Assembly: GCA_014801525.1 (NCBI GenBank)
Contig: JAAVEB010000014.1
Coordinates: 25,143 to 89,142 of the forward strand
DNA: 64,000 bases
Direction of reading: 5' to 3'
From: Bacteroides sp.
Lineage (GTDB): Bacteria > Bacteroidota > Bacteroidia > Bacteroidales > Muribaculaceae
Part shown: in pieces, positions 1-10,293 of the stretch
Layout: every line of letters begins with the position of its first letter
Position numbering within the stretch: position 1 is the first letter of the stretch
Program-made: the position numbers and the translations under genes
The notes under the pieces: model-generated
What the model saw: the letters and a program-made list of their open reading frames with translations, nothing else
What the model was told of the DNA's origin: nothing
Databases searched by the model: none

Positions 1-19
1 GGTTATAATAAATAACCCC

Positions 20-1432
20 ATGAAACAATTCAACGACGAAAACTTTCTTCTGCAAACTCCCACCGCAGAGCGTCTTTACCACGAGTATGCTGAAAAGATG
101 CCTATCATCGATTATCACTGCCATTTGATTCCCGAATACGTGGCTTCAAACCACCGTTTCGAGAACCTTTCAAAAATATGGCTTGAAGGTGACCACTACA
201 AGTGGCGCGCTATGCGCACCAATGGTGTCGACGAGCGTTTCTGCACCGGAAAAGACACTACCGACTGGGAAAAATTTGAAAAGTGGGCTGAGACTGTGCC
301 TTATACCATGCGCAATCCCCTTTACCACTGGACCCACCTCGAATTGAAGACTGCTTTCGGAGTTGACAAACTGTTGAATCCTTCTACTGCGAAAGAAATT
401 TACGACCAGTGTACCGAAATGCTTCAGAAGCCCGAGTACTTCGCTCGCGGACTTATGCAGCACTACAACGTGGAAGTTGTCTGCACAACCGACGATCCCG
501 TTGACTCGCTCGAACATCACATCAAGGTGAAGAATGACGGTTTTGCAGTGAAGATGCTTCCCACATGGCGTCCCGACAAGGCGATGGCTGTTGAGAATCC
601 CGCCGAATTCCGCGCTTACATGGATAAGCTTGCTGAAGTGTCGGGCGTTGAAATCAAACACTTCGCCGATGTTATCGCCGCGTTGAAGAAACGTCATGAC
701 TTCTTTGAGGAGGTTGGATGCCGCCTTTCTGACCACGGTATCGAAGAGTTCTATGCTGAAGATTACACTCCCGCCGAAATCGACGCTATCTTCGACAAGG
801 TTTACGGAGGAAAAGAGCTTACCGCCGAGGAGATCGCCAAGTTCAAGACCGCTATGATGGTGGAATTTGCAATCATGGACCACGATTCAGGCTGGACTCA
901 GCAGTTCCACTACGGAGCTATCCGCAACAACAATTCACGCATGATGAAGCAGCTCGGTCCCGACACCGGTTTCGACTCTATCGGCGACTTCACCGTGGCT
1001 AAAAAGATGTCGAAGTTCCTCGACATGCTTGCGTCTAAAGATAAACTCGGAAAAACTATCATCTACAACTTGAACCCCCGCGACAACGAGCTCGTTGCCA
1101 CAATGCTCGGAAACTTCCAGGACGGACGTTATGGAGCAGGAAAGATTCAGTTCGGTTCAGGATGGTGGTTCCTCGATCAGAAAGACGGTATGGAAAAGCA
1201 GATGAACGCGCTTTCTTGCCTCGGTCTTTTGAGCCGTTTCGTGGGTATGCTCACCGACTCTCGTTCATTCCTGTCTTATCCGCGTCATGAGTATTTCCGC
1301 CGCACTTTGTGTAATCTTATCGGTAACGATGTTGAGAATGGATTGCTGCCCGCTTCCGAACTTGATTTCATCGGCAAGGAGATTGTCAGCAAGGTATGCT
1401 ATGGCAACGCAAAAGAATATTTCAAATTTTAA
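20..1432 (+). CDS. uxaC: Glucuronate/galacturonate (uronate) isomerase
   Basis: IIDYHCHL metal motif, GDHYKWRAMR, GSGWWFLDQ, GMLTDSRSFLSYPRHEYFRR. Confidence 0.97.
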   Translation: MKQFNDENFLLQTPTAERLYHEYAEKMPIIDYHCHLIPEYVASNHRFENLSKIWLEGDHYKWRAMRTNGVDERFCTGKDTTDWEKFEKWAETVPYTMRNPLYHWTHLELKTAFGVDKLLNPSTAKEIYDQCTEMLQKPEYFARGLMQHYNVEVVCTTDDPVDSLEHHIKVKNDGFAVKMLPTWRPDKAMAVENPAEFRAYMDKLAEVSGVEIKHFADVIAALKKRHDFFEEVGCRLSDHGIEEFYAEDYTPAEIDAIFDKVYGGKELTAEEIAKFKTAMMVEFAIMDHDSGWTQQFHYGAIRNNNSRMMKQLGPDTGFDSIGDFTVAKKMSKFLDMLASKDKLGKTIIYNLNPRDNELVATMLGNFQDGRYGAGKIQFGSGWWFLDQKDGMEKQMNALSCLGLLSRFVGMLTDSRSFLSYPRHEYFRRTLCNLIGNDVENGLLPASELDFIGKEIVSKVCYGNAKEYFKF

Positions 1433-1460
1433 TTCATAACCAATCTTATTTTCAACTTCA

Positions 1461-2966
1461 ATGGTAAAAACCTTTAATGATGAAAAGCCTGCGATCGGGA
1501 TGACCAACTTCCGTTGGACCATCTGCGCGTTGCTTTTCCTCGCTACTACCGTCAATTACATGGACCGCCAGGTGCTTTCGCTCACCTGGAAGGAATTCAT
1601 CTCTCCTGAATTTCACTGGACCGATTCAAACTACGGTCTTATTACCGCCGTATTCTCTATCGTATATGCTGTTGCCAATCTCGTTGCCGGTCGATTCATC
1701 GACTGGATGGGTACCAAGAAGGGTTACCTGTGGGCGATTGGCGTGTGGTCGGCAGGCGCCTGCCTCCATGCCGCTTGCGGATGGGCTACCGAGCTTACCC
1801 TTGGTCTTAATGACGCTGCCGGTCTTGTAAGAGCCACCGGCGACATGGCGATGACCATCGCAACAGTGTCGGTTTATTTCTTCCTCGCCGCGCGTACTAT
1901 CCTTGCTCTCGGTGAGGCAGGAAACTTCCCCGCAGCGATCAAGGTTACCGCCGAGTACTTCCCTAAGCGTGACCGCGCTTATGCCACTTCTATCTTCAAT
2001 GCCGGTTCGGCTGTGGGCGCTCTTGTGGCTCCTTTCACCATCGGTCCGCTCGCCAAGTTCTTCCAGAGCATTGGCTGGGGTAACGGTTGGGAAATGGCTT
2101 TCATCGTGATCGGCGCCCTCGGTTTCGTCTGGATGGGCTTCTGGGTAGTGCTTTATAAGGCTCCCGCGCAGAATCCTCGTGTCAACGCTGCCGAGCTCGC
2201 TTATATCGAGCAGGACAACAACACTCCCGACGAGACCGCCAAGCAGAAGGCTGAGGAGGAAAACAAGGATACTGCCACTATTCCGTTCCTGCAGGTGTTC
2301 AAATACCCGCAGACATGGGCAGTGTTCTTCGGCAAGTTCCTCACCGACGGTGTGTGGTGGTTCTTCCTTTTCTGGACTCCGGCTTATATCACTGACGTGT
2401 TCAAGCTTTCAACTTCGTCGGGCGAAGGTATGTTGATGATTTTCGTCCTTTATCTCATCACAATGCTTTCGGTCATCGGCGGTAAGCTTCCGACCATCTT
2501 CATGGACCGTGCCGCTCGTCAAGGAAAGGATATCAATCCTTATGCCGCACGTATGCGCGCCATGCTTATTTTCGCCGTGTTCCCGCTTCTCGCTCTTCTT
2601 GCCCAGCCGCTCAGCTCATATTCACCCTGGCTCCCTATTATTATTATAGGTATAGCCGGCGCCGCTCACCAGTCATGGAGCGCCAACATCTACTCTGTTG
2701 CCGGTGACATGTTCCCCAAGAGCACTATCGCTACCATTATCGGTATCGGCGGTATGGCAGGCGGTATCGGTTCATTCCTCATCAACCTTTGTTCAGGTGT
2801 GCTCTTTGACTACGCCGCTCAGACCAACATGTCGTTCATGAGCTATGAAGGCAAGCCCGCAGGTTACTTCATCGTCTTCTGCATATGCGGTGTCGCTTAT
2901 CTCGTAGGCTGGCTCATCATGAAGATTCTTGTTCCGCGCTACAAAGTGATTGAAGTGAAAAAATAA
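1461..2966 (+). CDS. exuT: MFS hexuronate transporter (ExuT-like)
   Basis: RWTICALLFLATTVNYMDRQ, GEAGNFPAAIK, multiple TM helices; lies between uxaC and uxaB. Confidence 0.88.
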   Translation: MVKTFNDEKPAIGMTNFRWTICALLFLATTVNYMDRQVLSLTWKEFISPEFHWTDSNYGLITAVFSIVYAVANLVAGRFIDWMGTKKGYLWAIGVWSAGACLHAACGWATELTLGLNDAAGLVRATGDMAMTIATVSVYFFLAARTILALGEAGNFPAAIKVTAEYFPKRDRAYATSIFNAGSAVGALVAPFTIGPLAKFFQSIGWGNGWEMAFIVIGALGFVWMGFWVVLYKAPAQNPRVNAAELAYIEQDNNTPDETAKQKAEEENKDTATIPFLQVFKYPQTWAVFFGKFLTDGVWWFFLFWTPAYITDVFKLSTSSGEGMLMIFVLYLITMLSVIGGKLPTIFMDRAARQGKDINPYAARMRAMLIFAVFPLLALLAQPLSSYSPWLPIIIIGIAGAAHQSWSANIYSVAGDMFPKSTIATIIGIGGMAGGIGSFLINLCSGVLFDYAAQTNMSFMSYEGKPAGYFIVFCICGVAYLVGWLIMKILVPRYKVIEVKK

Positions 2967-3001
2967 ATCCAAGGATAACTAACCATAAAAACTGAAATAA
3001 A

Positions 3002-4450
3002 ATGATTAAACCATTAAACAGCACAACTGTAGATGTAGTAAAGCATCCCGTTAAGGTGCTTCAGTTCGGCGAGGGCAACTTCCTTCGCGCGTTTGTGGAC
3101 TGGCAGCTCGATATCGCAAATGAAAAAGGTGTTATTGACGCCGGTGTGGCTGTTATCGAACCCCGTTTCGCTGATAGCTTCGTAATCGACACATTGAACA
3201 AGCAAGATAATCTCTATCACGTTTACCTCGAAGGTATCGAGGACGGAAAACCCAAAAAGGAAACCCGTCTTGTCAAGGTTATTCAGGAATCATTCTCTCC
3301 CGGCAAGGATCCCAAGCGCTATGAGGAAGTGATTCTTTCACCCGAGCTTGAGTTCATCATCTCCAACACCACCGAAGCTGGTATCCGCATGGAAGAGGAT
3401 GATGTGCTCAGCGACGCTCCTAAGACCTATCCCGGCAAGATGACCAACCTCCTTTACCGTCGCTTCAAGCATTTCAACGGCGACAAGGAAAAGGGCTTGA
3501 ACATCATCTGCTGCGAGCTTATCGAAGACAACGCCACCACTCTTCACAAATATGTGCTTGAGCATGCTGAAAAGGCTAATCTCGGCAAGGACTTCATCGA
3601 CTGGGTTGAAGAGGCTTGTACTTTCAGCGATTCGTTGGTTGACCGCATCGTTCCGGGATTCCCCCGCGACACCATCAATGAAATCAAGGAAGAACTTGGC
3701 TATGACGACAATCTCGTTGTGAAGGGCGAGCTTTACCACCTTTGGGCTATCGGTGGCAAGGGATATGAAAAAGTGCGCAAGCTGTTGCCGCTCGACAAGG
3801 CTGGTCTTCACGTGCTCTTCATGCCTTCTATCAAGTCGTTCCGCGACAAGAAGGTGCGCATCCTCAACGGTTCACACACCGGTATGGTGCCCGTAGCTCT
3901 CCAGATGGGTTGCGAGACTGTGATGGACGCATTCAATAATCCCGACATCAACAAGTTCATCAACGACATGGTTGCCAAGGAAGTGCTCCCCATGATTCCT
4001 GAAGATCAGAAGGAACTCGAGGCTTTTGCCGCCGGCATCCTTGAGCGTTTCTACAATCCTTATATCAAGCACATGTTGAAGTCGATCTCGCTCAACTCTC
4101 TTTCCAAATGGGAAGCGCGTAACTTCGACACTGTTAAGGACAACTGGGAAAAGGCTGGCAAAATCGCTGACTACGAATGCTTCACATTTGCCGCTCTTCT
4201 TTCTCTTTACGGACCGAAGTCAGGCTTCGAACCCGATGACAACCAGGAACACATCGCTTACATCCGCAACAACTGGGATGAGAACGATGTAGAGGGCATG
4301 GTCAAGAAGATAGTAAGCGAAAGCGGAATCTTCGTGCGCGACTTCGCCGCTATCGTTCCCGGTTTCGTTCCCAAGGTGGCTGAATATCTCAAGGAAATCA
4401 ACACCGAGGGTATGGACAAGGCTCTTAAGAACTTTTTAAGCAAACATTAA
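3002..4450 (+). CDS. uxaB: Tagaturonate reductase (altronate oxidoreductase)
   Basis: VLQFGEGNFLRAFVDW, SNTTEAGI, LVDRIVPG, KVRILNGSHT. Confidence 0.95.
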   Translation: MIKPLNSTTVDVVKHPVKVLQFGEGNFLRAFVDWQLDIANEKGVIDAGVAVIEPRFADSFVIDTLNKQDNLYHVYLEGIEDGKPKKETRLVKVIQESFSPGKDPKRYEEVILSPELEFIISNTTEAGIRMEEDDVLSDAPKTYPGKMTNLLYRRFKHFNGDKEKGLNIICCELIEDNATTLHKYVLEHAEKANLGKDFIDWVEEACTFSDSLVDRIVPGFPRDTINEIKEELGYDDNLVVKGELYHLWAIGGKGYEKVRKLLPLDKAGLHVLFMPSIKSFRDKKVRILNGSHTGMVPVALQMGCETVMDAFNNPDINKFINDMVAKEVLPMIPEDQKELEAFAAGILERFYNPYIKHMLKSISLNSLSKWEARNFDTVKDNWEKAGKIADYECFTFAALLSLYGPKSGFEPDDNQEHIAYIRNNWDENDVEGMVKKIVSESGIFVRDFAAIVPGFVPKVAEYLKEINTEGMDKALKNFLSKH

Positions 4451-5940
4451 TGAAGCGAATCCTTAAAATAAACAAAGCCGACAACGTGGCAGTAACACTT
4501 GTCGACGGAGTGAAAGCTGGCGAAGTGTGGTCGGAAGGTGACGATAACGTCACTTTGAAAGAGGACATCGCCCGCGGACACAAATTCGCTTTGCGCAATA
4601 TCGCCGAAGGGGAAGCCGTAATAAAATACGGCTACCCGATCGGTGTCGCTACCCGCGACATTGCCGCCGGTGAATGGATTCATTCTCATAATCTGAAGAC
4701 CGGACTCAGCGACGATCTTAAATACACCTATAACCCTACCGAACCCAACACCGCCAAGAGCGACGAGGAGGTGACCATCAATGCTTATCTCCGTCCCGAC
4801 GGAAAGATGGGAATCCGCAACGAGTTGTGGATCGTGCCGTCGGTGGGATGTGTCAACGGACAGGCTAACGCCATCATCGACCGCCTGAAAAAAGAGTGCG
4901 ACCTGTCGCATGTCGACGACGTGCGCGCGTTTACTCACAACTATGGCTGTTCTCAGCTCGGACAGGACCATGCCAATACCCGCGCCGCGCTTGCCGCGCT
5001 GGTTAAGCATCCTAATGCCGGCGGCGTGCTCGTTCTCGGGCTCGGCTGCGAGAACAATCAGGTGTCGGCTCTTAAGGAGCAGATCGGCGAGTGGAACGAC
5101 GACCGTGTGAAATTCCTCATTGCCCAGGAGGTGGAGGATGAAGTTGAAGCCGGCTTTGAAATCTGCAAGGAGCTTATCGAAAAGATGAAGGGCGACAAGC
5201 GTCAGCCGCTTCCCGTTTCGATGCTTCGCGTGGGATTGAAGTGCGGCGGTTCCGACGGTCTTTCAGGCATCACCGCCAATCCTCTCGTGGGCTTGTTCTC
5301 CGACTGGTTGATCGCTCACGGTGGAACCACAATCTTGACCGAGGTGCCTGAAATGTTTGGCGCCGAGACTATCCTCATGAACCGCGCCAAGGATGAAAAA
5401 GTGTTTGACGAAACCGTTCATCTCATCAACGACTTCAAGGGCTATTTCCGTTCCTACGGACAGCCCATCTACGAGAACCCGTCGCCCGGAAACAAGAAGG
5501 GCGGTATCACAACTCTCGAAGAGAAGTCGCTCGGATGTGTTCAGAAGGGTGGCTCAATGCCTGTGGTCGACGTGCTCAACTACGCTCAGCCGTTGAAGCT
5601 TAACGGACTCAACCTGCTGACCGCTCCCGGCAACGACCTTGTGGCGTCGACTTCTCTGGCTCTTTCAGGATGCCAGATGGTGTTGTTCACCACCGGCCGC
5701 GGAACTCCGTTCGGCACTTTCGTTCCGACGATGAAGATTTCAACCAACAGTCAGCTCGCCGCATTGAAGCACACTTGGATCGACTTCAATGCCGGAACGC
5801 TTGTCGAGGATGAAACCGCTGCTTCGGCTCTCGCCCGCCTTGTCGACAAAGTGCTTGCCACCGCCAATGGCGAACATCTTAATCACGAGAAGATCGGAGC
5901 GAAAGAAATCGCAATATTTAAAACCGGCGTAACCCTTTAA
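4450..5940 (+). CDS. uxaA: Altronate dehydratase
   Basis: SAF domain (DNVAV, GHKFAL), GLKCGGSDG, ENPSPGNKKGG, FTTGRGTP; TAATG overlap with uxaB. Confidence 0.95.
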   Translation: MKRILKINKADNVAVTLVDGVKAGEVWSEGDDNVTLKEDIARGHKFALRNIAEGEAVIKYGYPIGVATRDIAAGEWIHSHNLKTGLSDDLKYTYNPTEPNTAKSDEEVTINAYLRPDGKMGIRNELWIVPSVGCVNGQANAIIDRLKKECDLSHVDDVRAFTHNYGCSQLGQDHANTRAALAALVKHPNAGGVLVLGLGCENNQVSALKEQIGEWNDDRVKFLIAQEVEDEVEAGFEICKELIEKMKGDKRQPLPVSMLRVGLKCGGSDGLSGITANPLVGLFSDWLIAHGGTTILTEVPEMFGAETILMNRAKDEKVFDETVHLINDFKGYFRSYGQPIYENPSPGNKKGGITTLEEKSLGCVQKGGSMPVVDVLNYAQPLKLNGLNLLTAPGNDLVASTSLALSGCQMVLFTTGRGTPFGTFVPTMKISTNSQLAALKHTWIDFNAGTLVEDETAASALARLVDKVLATANGEHLNHEKIGAKEIAIFKTGVTL

Positions 5941-5998
5941 ACAGATATTTATCAGTTCGATCAGCCATTTGCGGCTGGTCGGGCTGATAATTAAAAAT

Positions 5999-7246
5999 AT
6001 GATAAGGCAAATTCTATTATTCCTCATATCGCTTCTGCCGCTTTGCGCGGCGGCGCAGACTTTTGACTTTACATCGGCAAAAAATCAGCTGCCGATGTAC
6101 AATGATTCAATCGGCTATGGCTACGAGTCAATGCCGGTCGTGAAGAAAGGCATCATGACCCCTTTCTTCTTTTCGGTAAAAGTGCCCGACGGAAACTATA
6201 AGGTGACTCTCGACCTCGGGGCGGAAAAAAGTGCGGCAAGCACTACCGTGAGAGCTGAAAACCGCCGGTTGATGGCGGAAAACATCGACACCCGCAAGGG
6301 TGAAACTAAAACAGTGTCGTTTATCGTAAACAAGCGCAATCCGCGCATTTACGACAAAAGCTCGGTGTCATTGAAGCCGAGAGAAAAAAGCTATCTTAAC
6401 TGGGACAATAAACTGACTGTCGAAATCACAGGTGAAGCTCCTGCCGTGAAACGCATGACCGTTGAACCTGCCGACACCACAGTCACCACCATATATCTTT
6501 GCGGCAACTCTACCGTTGTGGATCACGACAAAGAGCCCTGGGCGAGCTGGGGGCAGATGATTCCGCGATGGTTTGACGACAGTGTCGCTATCTCCAATCA
6601 TGCCGAGAGCGGATTGTCGACCTCGACATTTCTGGCTCATAAACGCCTTGATAAAATCATGACCACGCTCCGTCCCGGCGACTGGGTGCTCGTGGAGTTC
6701 GGTCATAATGACGAGAAAGAGAAGCGCCCCGGTTCAGGCGCATGGTATAATTTCGCCCACAATCTTAAAATCTTCGTCGACCGTGTGCGTAAAGCCGGCG
6801 GCAACATCGTGTTTGTGACGCCGACACAGCGCCGCAATTTCCTTGACGACAGCGTGACCATCCGTGACACTCACGGCGATTTTCCTGCGGCGATGAAAGC
6901 CACCGCCGAGCGTGAAGGGGTTCCGGTGATCGACCTGAACCTGATGACGCGCGAATTTTTTGAAACACTCGGTTATGAGAACAGCAAGCGCTCGTTGGTG
7001 CATTATCCTGCCAACACTTTCCCGGGGCAGACCGAGCCGCTTGAAGACAATACCCATTTCAATCCTTATGGCGCCTATGAAATCGCCAAGATGGTGGTGT
7101 CGGCGATGCAGCAGTTGGGACTTGAGCCGGCAAAGCATATAAAAGGTGATTTCAAAGGCTATGATCCCCGGTTTCCCGACTCGTGGGAGGAATTCATCTG
7201 GATACCATCGGCTGGCGCCGACATAGTGAAACCCGACGGAAATTAA
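5999..7246 (+). CDS. Rhamnogalacturonan acetylesterase (SGNH/GDSL, CE12-like), secreted
   Basis: Signal peptide from ATG 5999; GNSTV, WGQM, EFGHND, DNTHFN motifs. Confidence 0.85.
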   Translation: MIRQILLFLISLLPLCAAAQTFDFTSAKNQLPMYNDSIGYGYESMPVVKKGIMTPFFFSVKVPDGNYKVTLDLGAEKSAASTTVRAENRRLMAENIDTRKGETKTVSFIVNKRNPRIYDKSSVSLKPREKSYLNWDNKLTVEITGEAPAVKRMTVEPADTTVTTIYLCGNSTVVDHDKEPWASWGQMIPRWFDDSVAISNHAESGLSTSTFLAHKRLDKIMTTLRPGDWVLVEFGHNDEKEKRPGSGAWYNFAHNLKIFVDRVRKAGGNIVFVTPTQRRNFLDDSVTIRDTHGDFPAAMKATAEREGVPVIDLNLMTREFFETLGYENSKRSLVHYPANTFPGQTEPLEDNTHFNPYGAYEIAKMVVSAMQQLGLEPAKHIKGDFKGYDPRFPDSWEEFIWIPSAGADIVKPDGN

Positions 7247-7280
7247 ACAGTTAAGTCAAGTATATAAACCACGATTATCA

Positions 7281-8444
7281 ATGAAAAAAATAGCATTAAT
7301 AGCAATGGCGGCAATCGGCATGATGTGCAACGCCGCGACTATAAAAGTCGAAAACCCGCTTGATTTCGAGCGTGCCGGTGAGCTTGCCGAGGTGCCTTTG
7401 AAAAATGTGAAATCACAGGTGAAGGGCGATTTTGTCATTCTCGACAGCAATAATAAAGAGGTGCCTTATCAGATTACCTATGACGACCTCGTTGTTTTTC
7501 CCGTGACTGTAGGAGCGAAATCGTCGGTTGTCTATACATTGAAATCAGGCAAGCCGGCGCCTGTTAAGCCGGTGGTACACGGCAGGCTGTTTCCCGAGCA
7601 CAAGGACAATTTCAGCTGGGAGAACAACCGCGCTTGCTTCACCGCCTATGGACCCGCTTTGCAGGACAACGGAGAGAGAGGTTTCGGATATGACATGTGG
7701 ACAAAAAGCGTGACCGACTCCCTGGTGCTTGAGTTGCGCTACAAAGCGAGCGTCGATCCCGACAAGAAAAAACGCCAGTCGCTCCACAAGGATTATGGCA
7801 ACGGCGGCGACCCTTATATCGTGGCAAACACTCTTGGCGGAGGAACCGCCGCCCTGCTCGACTCCAAGGGCGACATCATTTTCCCGTGGTGCTGGAAAGA
7901 GCAGGAGGTGCTTCAGGACGGTCCGCTGCGCTTCACCGTGCGTCTCACTTACCGCCCCGTGACCATTGAGGGCGAGGAGGGTGTTGTAGAGAGCCGTCTC
8001 ATCACCTGCGACGCCAATTCATGTCTTAACCGCACGGAAGTGAGCTATAAAGGATTGAAGGAGCCGCGTCGTGTGGCAAACGGCATTGTCGTTCATCAGC
8101 AGAATCCTTATGCCTACTCTTTTGACACTGCAAAACAATATATCGCTTACACCGATTCGACCGACAATACCAAGAACGGAAACGGAGTCATCTATATCGG
8201 CGCCGTCGTTCCTGAACCGGTAGAGACCATCTGCTACAAGCCGGTGGCAGAGCCTGCGCGCGACGCGCTCGGTCACATTTTGACCGTCAGCGAGTATGTC
8301 CCCGGAAAAGACTATGTGTATTATTGGGGCTCGGTGTGGGAGAAGAACCCTTATGCCCCCGCCAATCCGTCGGAATGGGATCTTTACCTTGCCCGTTATT
8401 CCGACTGCCTGAAAAATCCTTTGAAAGTGACAGTTAAAAAATAA
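7281..8444 (+). CDS. Secreted DUF4861-like protein (pectin-locus associated)
   Basis: Signal peptide; FSWENNR, YGPALQ, GYDMWTK, H.D.GNG, TLGGG motifs. Confidence 0.7.
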   Translation: MKKIALIAMAAIGMMCNAATIKVENPLDFERAGELAEVPLKNVKSQVKGDFVILDSNNKEVPYQITYDDLVVFPVTVGAKSSVVYTLKSGKPAPVKPVVHGRLFPEHKDNFSWENNRACFTAYGPALQDNGERGFGYDMWTKSVTDSLVLELRYKASVDPDKKKRQSLHKDYGNGGDPYIVANTLGGGTAALLDSKGDIIFPWCWKEQEVLQDGPLRFTVRLTYRPVTIEGEEGVVESRLITCDANSCLNRTEVSYKGLKEPRRVANGIVVHQQNPYAYSFDTAKQYIAYTDSTDNTKNGNGVIYIGAVVPEPVETICYKPVAEPARDALGHILTVSEYVPGKDYVYYWGSVWEKNPYAPANPSEWDLYLARYSDCLKNPLKVTVKK

Positions 8445-8463
8445 ACTTATAAATATCAATATC

Positions 8464-8778
8464 ATGAAACGCGAAGCATTTAAAATGTTCCTGAAACCGG
8501 GATGCGAAGAGGAGTATGCCCGCCGCCACGCCGAGTTGTGGCCTGAAATGGAGAAACTCTTGCGCGACAGCGGAGTGTTTGACTACTCGATTTACTGGGA
8601 CAAGGACACCAACATCCTTTTCGCTTTCCAGAAAACCGAAGGCGAGGAAAATTCTCAGGATCTCGGCGATAATCCGATTGTGAAAAAATGGTGGGATTAT
8701 AATGCCGACATCATGGAGGTGAATCCCGACAACTCTCCCGTGTCGATACCGTTGAAAGAGGTGTTCCACATGGACTGA
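8464..8778 (+). CDS. rhaM: L-rhamnose mutarotase
   Basis: EYARRHAELWPE, YSIYWD, KWWDYNADIM, L.EVFHMD. Confidence 0.93.
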   Translation: MKREAFKMFLKPGCEEEYARRHAELWPEMEKLLRDSGVFDYSIYWDKDTNILFAFQKTEGEENSQDLGDNPIVKKWWDYNADIMEVNPDNSPVSIPLKEVFHMD

Positions 8779-8813
8779 TATAATTGAAAATCAAAAAACC
8801 AGATAAAACATAA

Positions 8814-10289
8814 ATGGAAAAGAAACAATACATTGCCATAGACCTTGGAGCGACAAGCGGTCGCACCATTCTTGGCACAATCGATGCCGACGGCAAGTTC
8901 TCCGCCGAGGAGCTTAACCGCTTCCCAAACGGAATGATTGAAGTGAACGGCCACCTTCACTGGGACATCTACTCGCTTTACAATCACATCCTCGAGGGCT
9001 TGACTGAAGCCGGCAAGCGCGGAGTGAAGCCTGAGTCAATCGCTATCGACACCTGGGGAGTTGACTTCGGCTGTATCGACCCCGACGGAAACATCATGGG
9101 AATCCCCTACGCTTACCGTGACATCTCCACCATTGGAGCCGCCGAGCGTTATTTCAACAATGTCATGCCGGCTCGCGAGCTCTATGCCCACACCGGTATC
9201 CAGCATATTGATTTCAACACCATTTTCCAGTTCAACGAGCAGCGCCATTTCTTCCCCATGCAGCATGCCGTGAAGATCGCCTTCATTCCCGACCTTCTCA
9301 ACTACTTGCTCACAGGAAAGATTGTGACCGAATACACTATCGCCTCTACCGGAGCTATCCTCAATCCCGCCACCCGCCAGTTTGACAACACCGTTCTTGA
9401 ATCGGTGGGTCTCACTCCCGACAAGTTCGGTCCTATCGTAGAGCCCGGCACCGTCATCGGCGCGTTGAAGGGCGACATCGCGGCTAAAGTGGGATTGCCT
9501 GAGGTGCCCGTTGTCGCTGTCGGCGAGCATGACACGGCGTCGGCTGTTGCTGCCGTTCCCGCTACCGACGAGTGTTTCGCTTATCTGAGCTCGGGAACAT
9601 GGTCGCTGATGGGTCTTGAATCTCCGTCGCCTGTTGTCAACGAGCAGACTCAGAACTATAACATCACCAATGAAGGCGGTATCGAGGGAACAATCCGTGT
9701 TCTCAAGAATATCACCGGAATGTGGGTCGTTGAGCAGTGTCTCAAGTCATGGAAGAAAGCGGGCACGTCCTATTCTTATCCTGAAATGGTGGCGCTTGCC
9801 GAGGCGGCTCCCGAGTTTGTCGCTTTCATCGATCCCGACGATCCCATGTTTGTGGCCCCTGCCGACATGCCTGAGGCAATCAAGGAATATTGCCGCAAGA
9901 CCGGACAGCGCGAGCCTGAAAATCACGGCGAGATGATCAGAATGATTTTCGAGAGCCTTGCGCTTAAATACAAGATGATTCTTGACATGTTCAAGTCAAT
10001 CTCGGTCAATCCCGTTCATCGTCTCCATGTGATAGGCGGCGGCTCCCGAAACAAGCTGCTCAATCAGTTCACTTCCAATGCCATCGGTTTGCCCGTCATC
10101 GCCGGTCCCGCCGAAGCCACCGCTATCGGCAACATCATGATGCAGGCTAAAGCCGCAGGCGATGTTAATTCGCTCCATGAGATGCGCTACATCATCTCCA
10201 ATAGCATTGACCTCGAAAAATTCACTCCCGCCGACAGTGAGAAGTGGGAAAACGCATATAAAAATTTTCTAACCATAATCAAACACTAA
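8814..10289 (+). CDS. rhaB: Rhamnulokinase
   Basis: AIDLGATSGR, IDTWGVDF, YLSSGTWSLMG, GGGSRN, GPAEATAIGN. Confidence 0.93.
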   Translation: MEKKQYIAIDLGATSGRTILGTIDADGKFSAEELNRFPNGMIEVNGHLHWDIYSLYNHILEGLTEAGKRGVKPESIAIDTWGVDFGCIDPDGNIMGIPYAYRDISTIGAAERYFNNVMPARELYAHTGIQHIDFNTIFQFNEQRHFFPMQHAVKIAFIPDLLNYLLTGKIVTEYTIASTGAILNPATRQFDNTVLESVGLTPDKFGPIVEPGTVIGALKGDIAAKVGLPEVPVVAVGEHDTASAVAAVPATDECFAYLSSGTWSLMGLESPSPVVNEQTQNYNITNEGGIEGTIRVLKNITGMWVVEQCLKSWKKAGTSYSYPEMVALAEAAPEFVAFIDPDDPMFVAPADMPEAIKEYCRKTGQREPENHGEMIRMIFESLALKYKMILDMFKSISVNPVHRLHVIGGGSRNKLLNQFTSNAIGLPVIAGPAEATAIGNIMMQAKAAGDVNSLHEMRYIISNSIDLEKFTPADSEKWENAYKNFLTIIKH

Positions 10290-10293
10290 AATC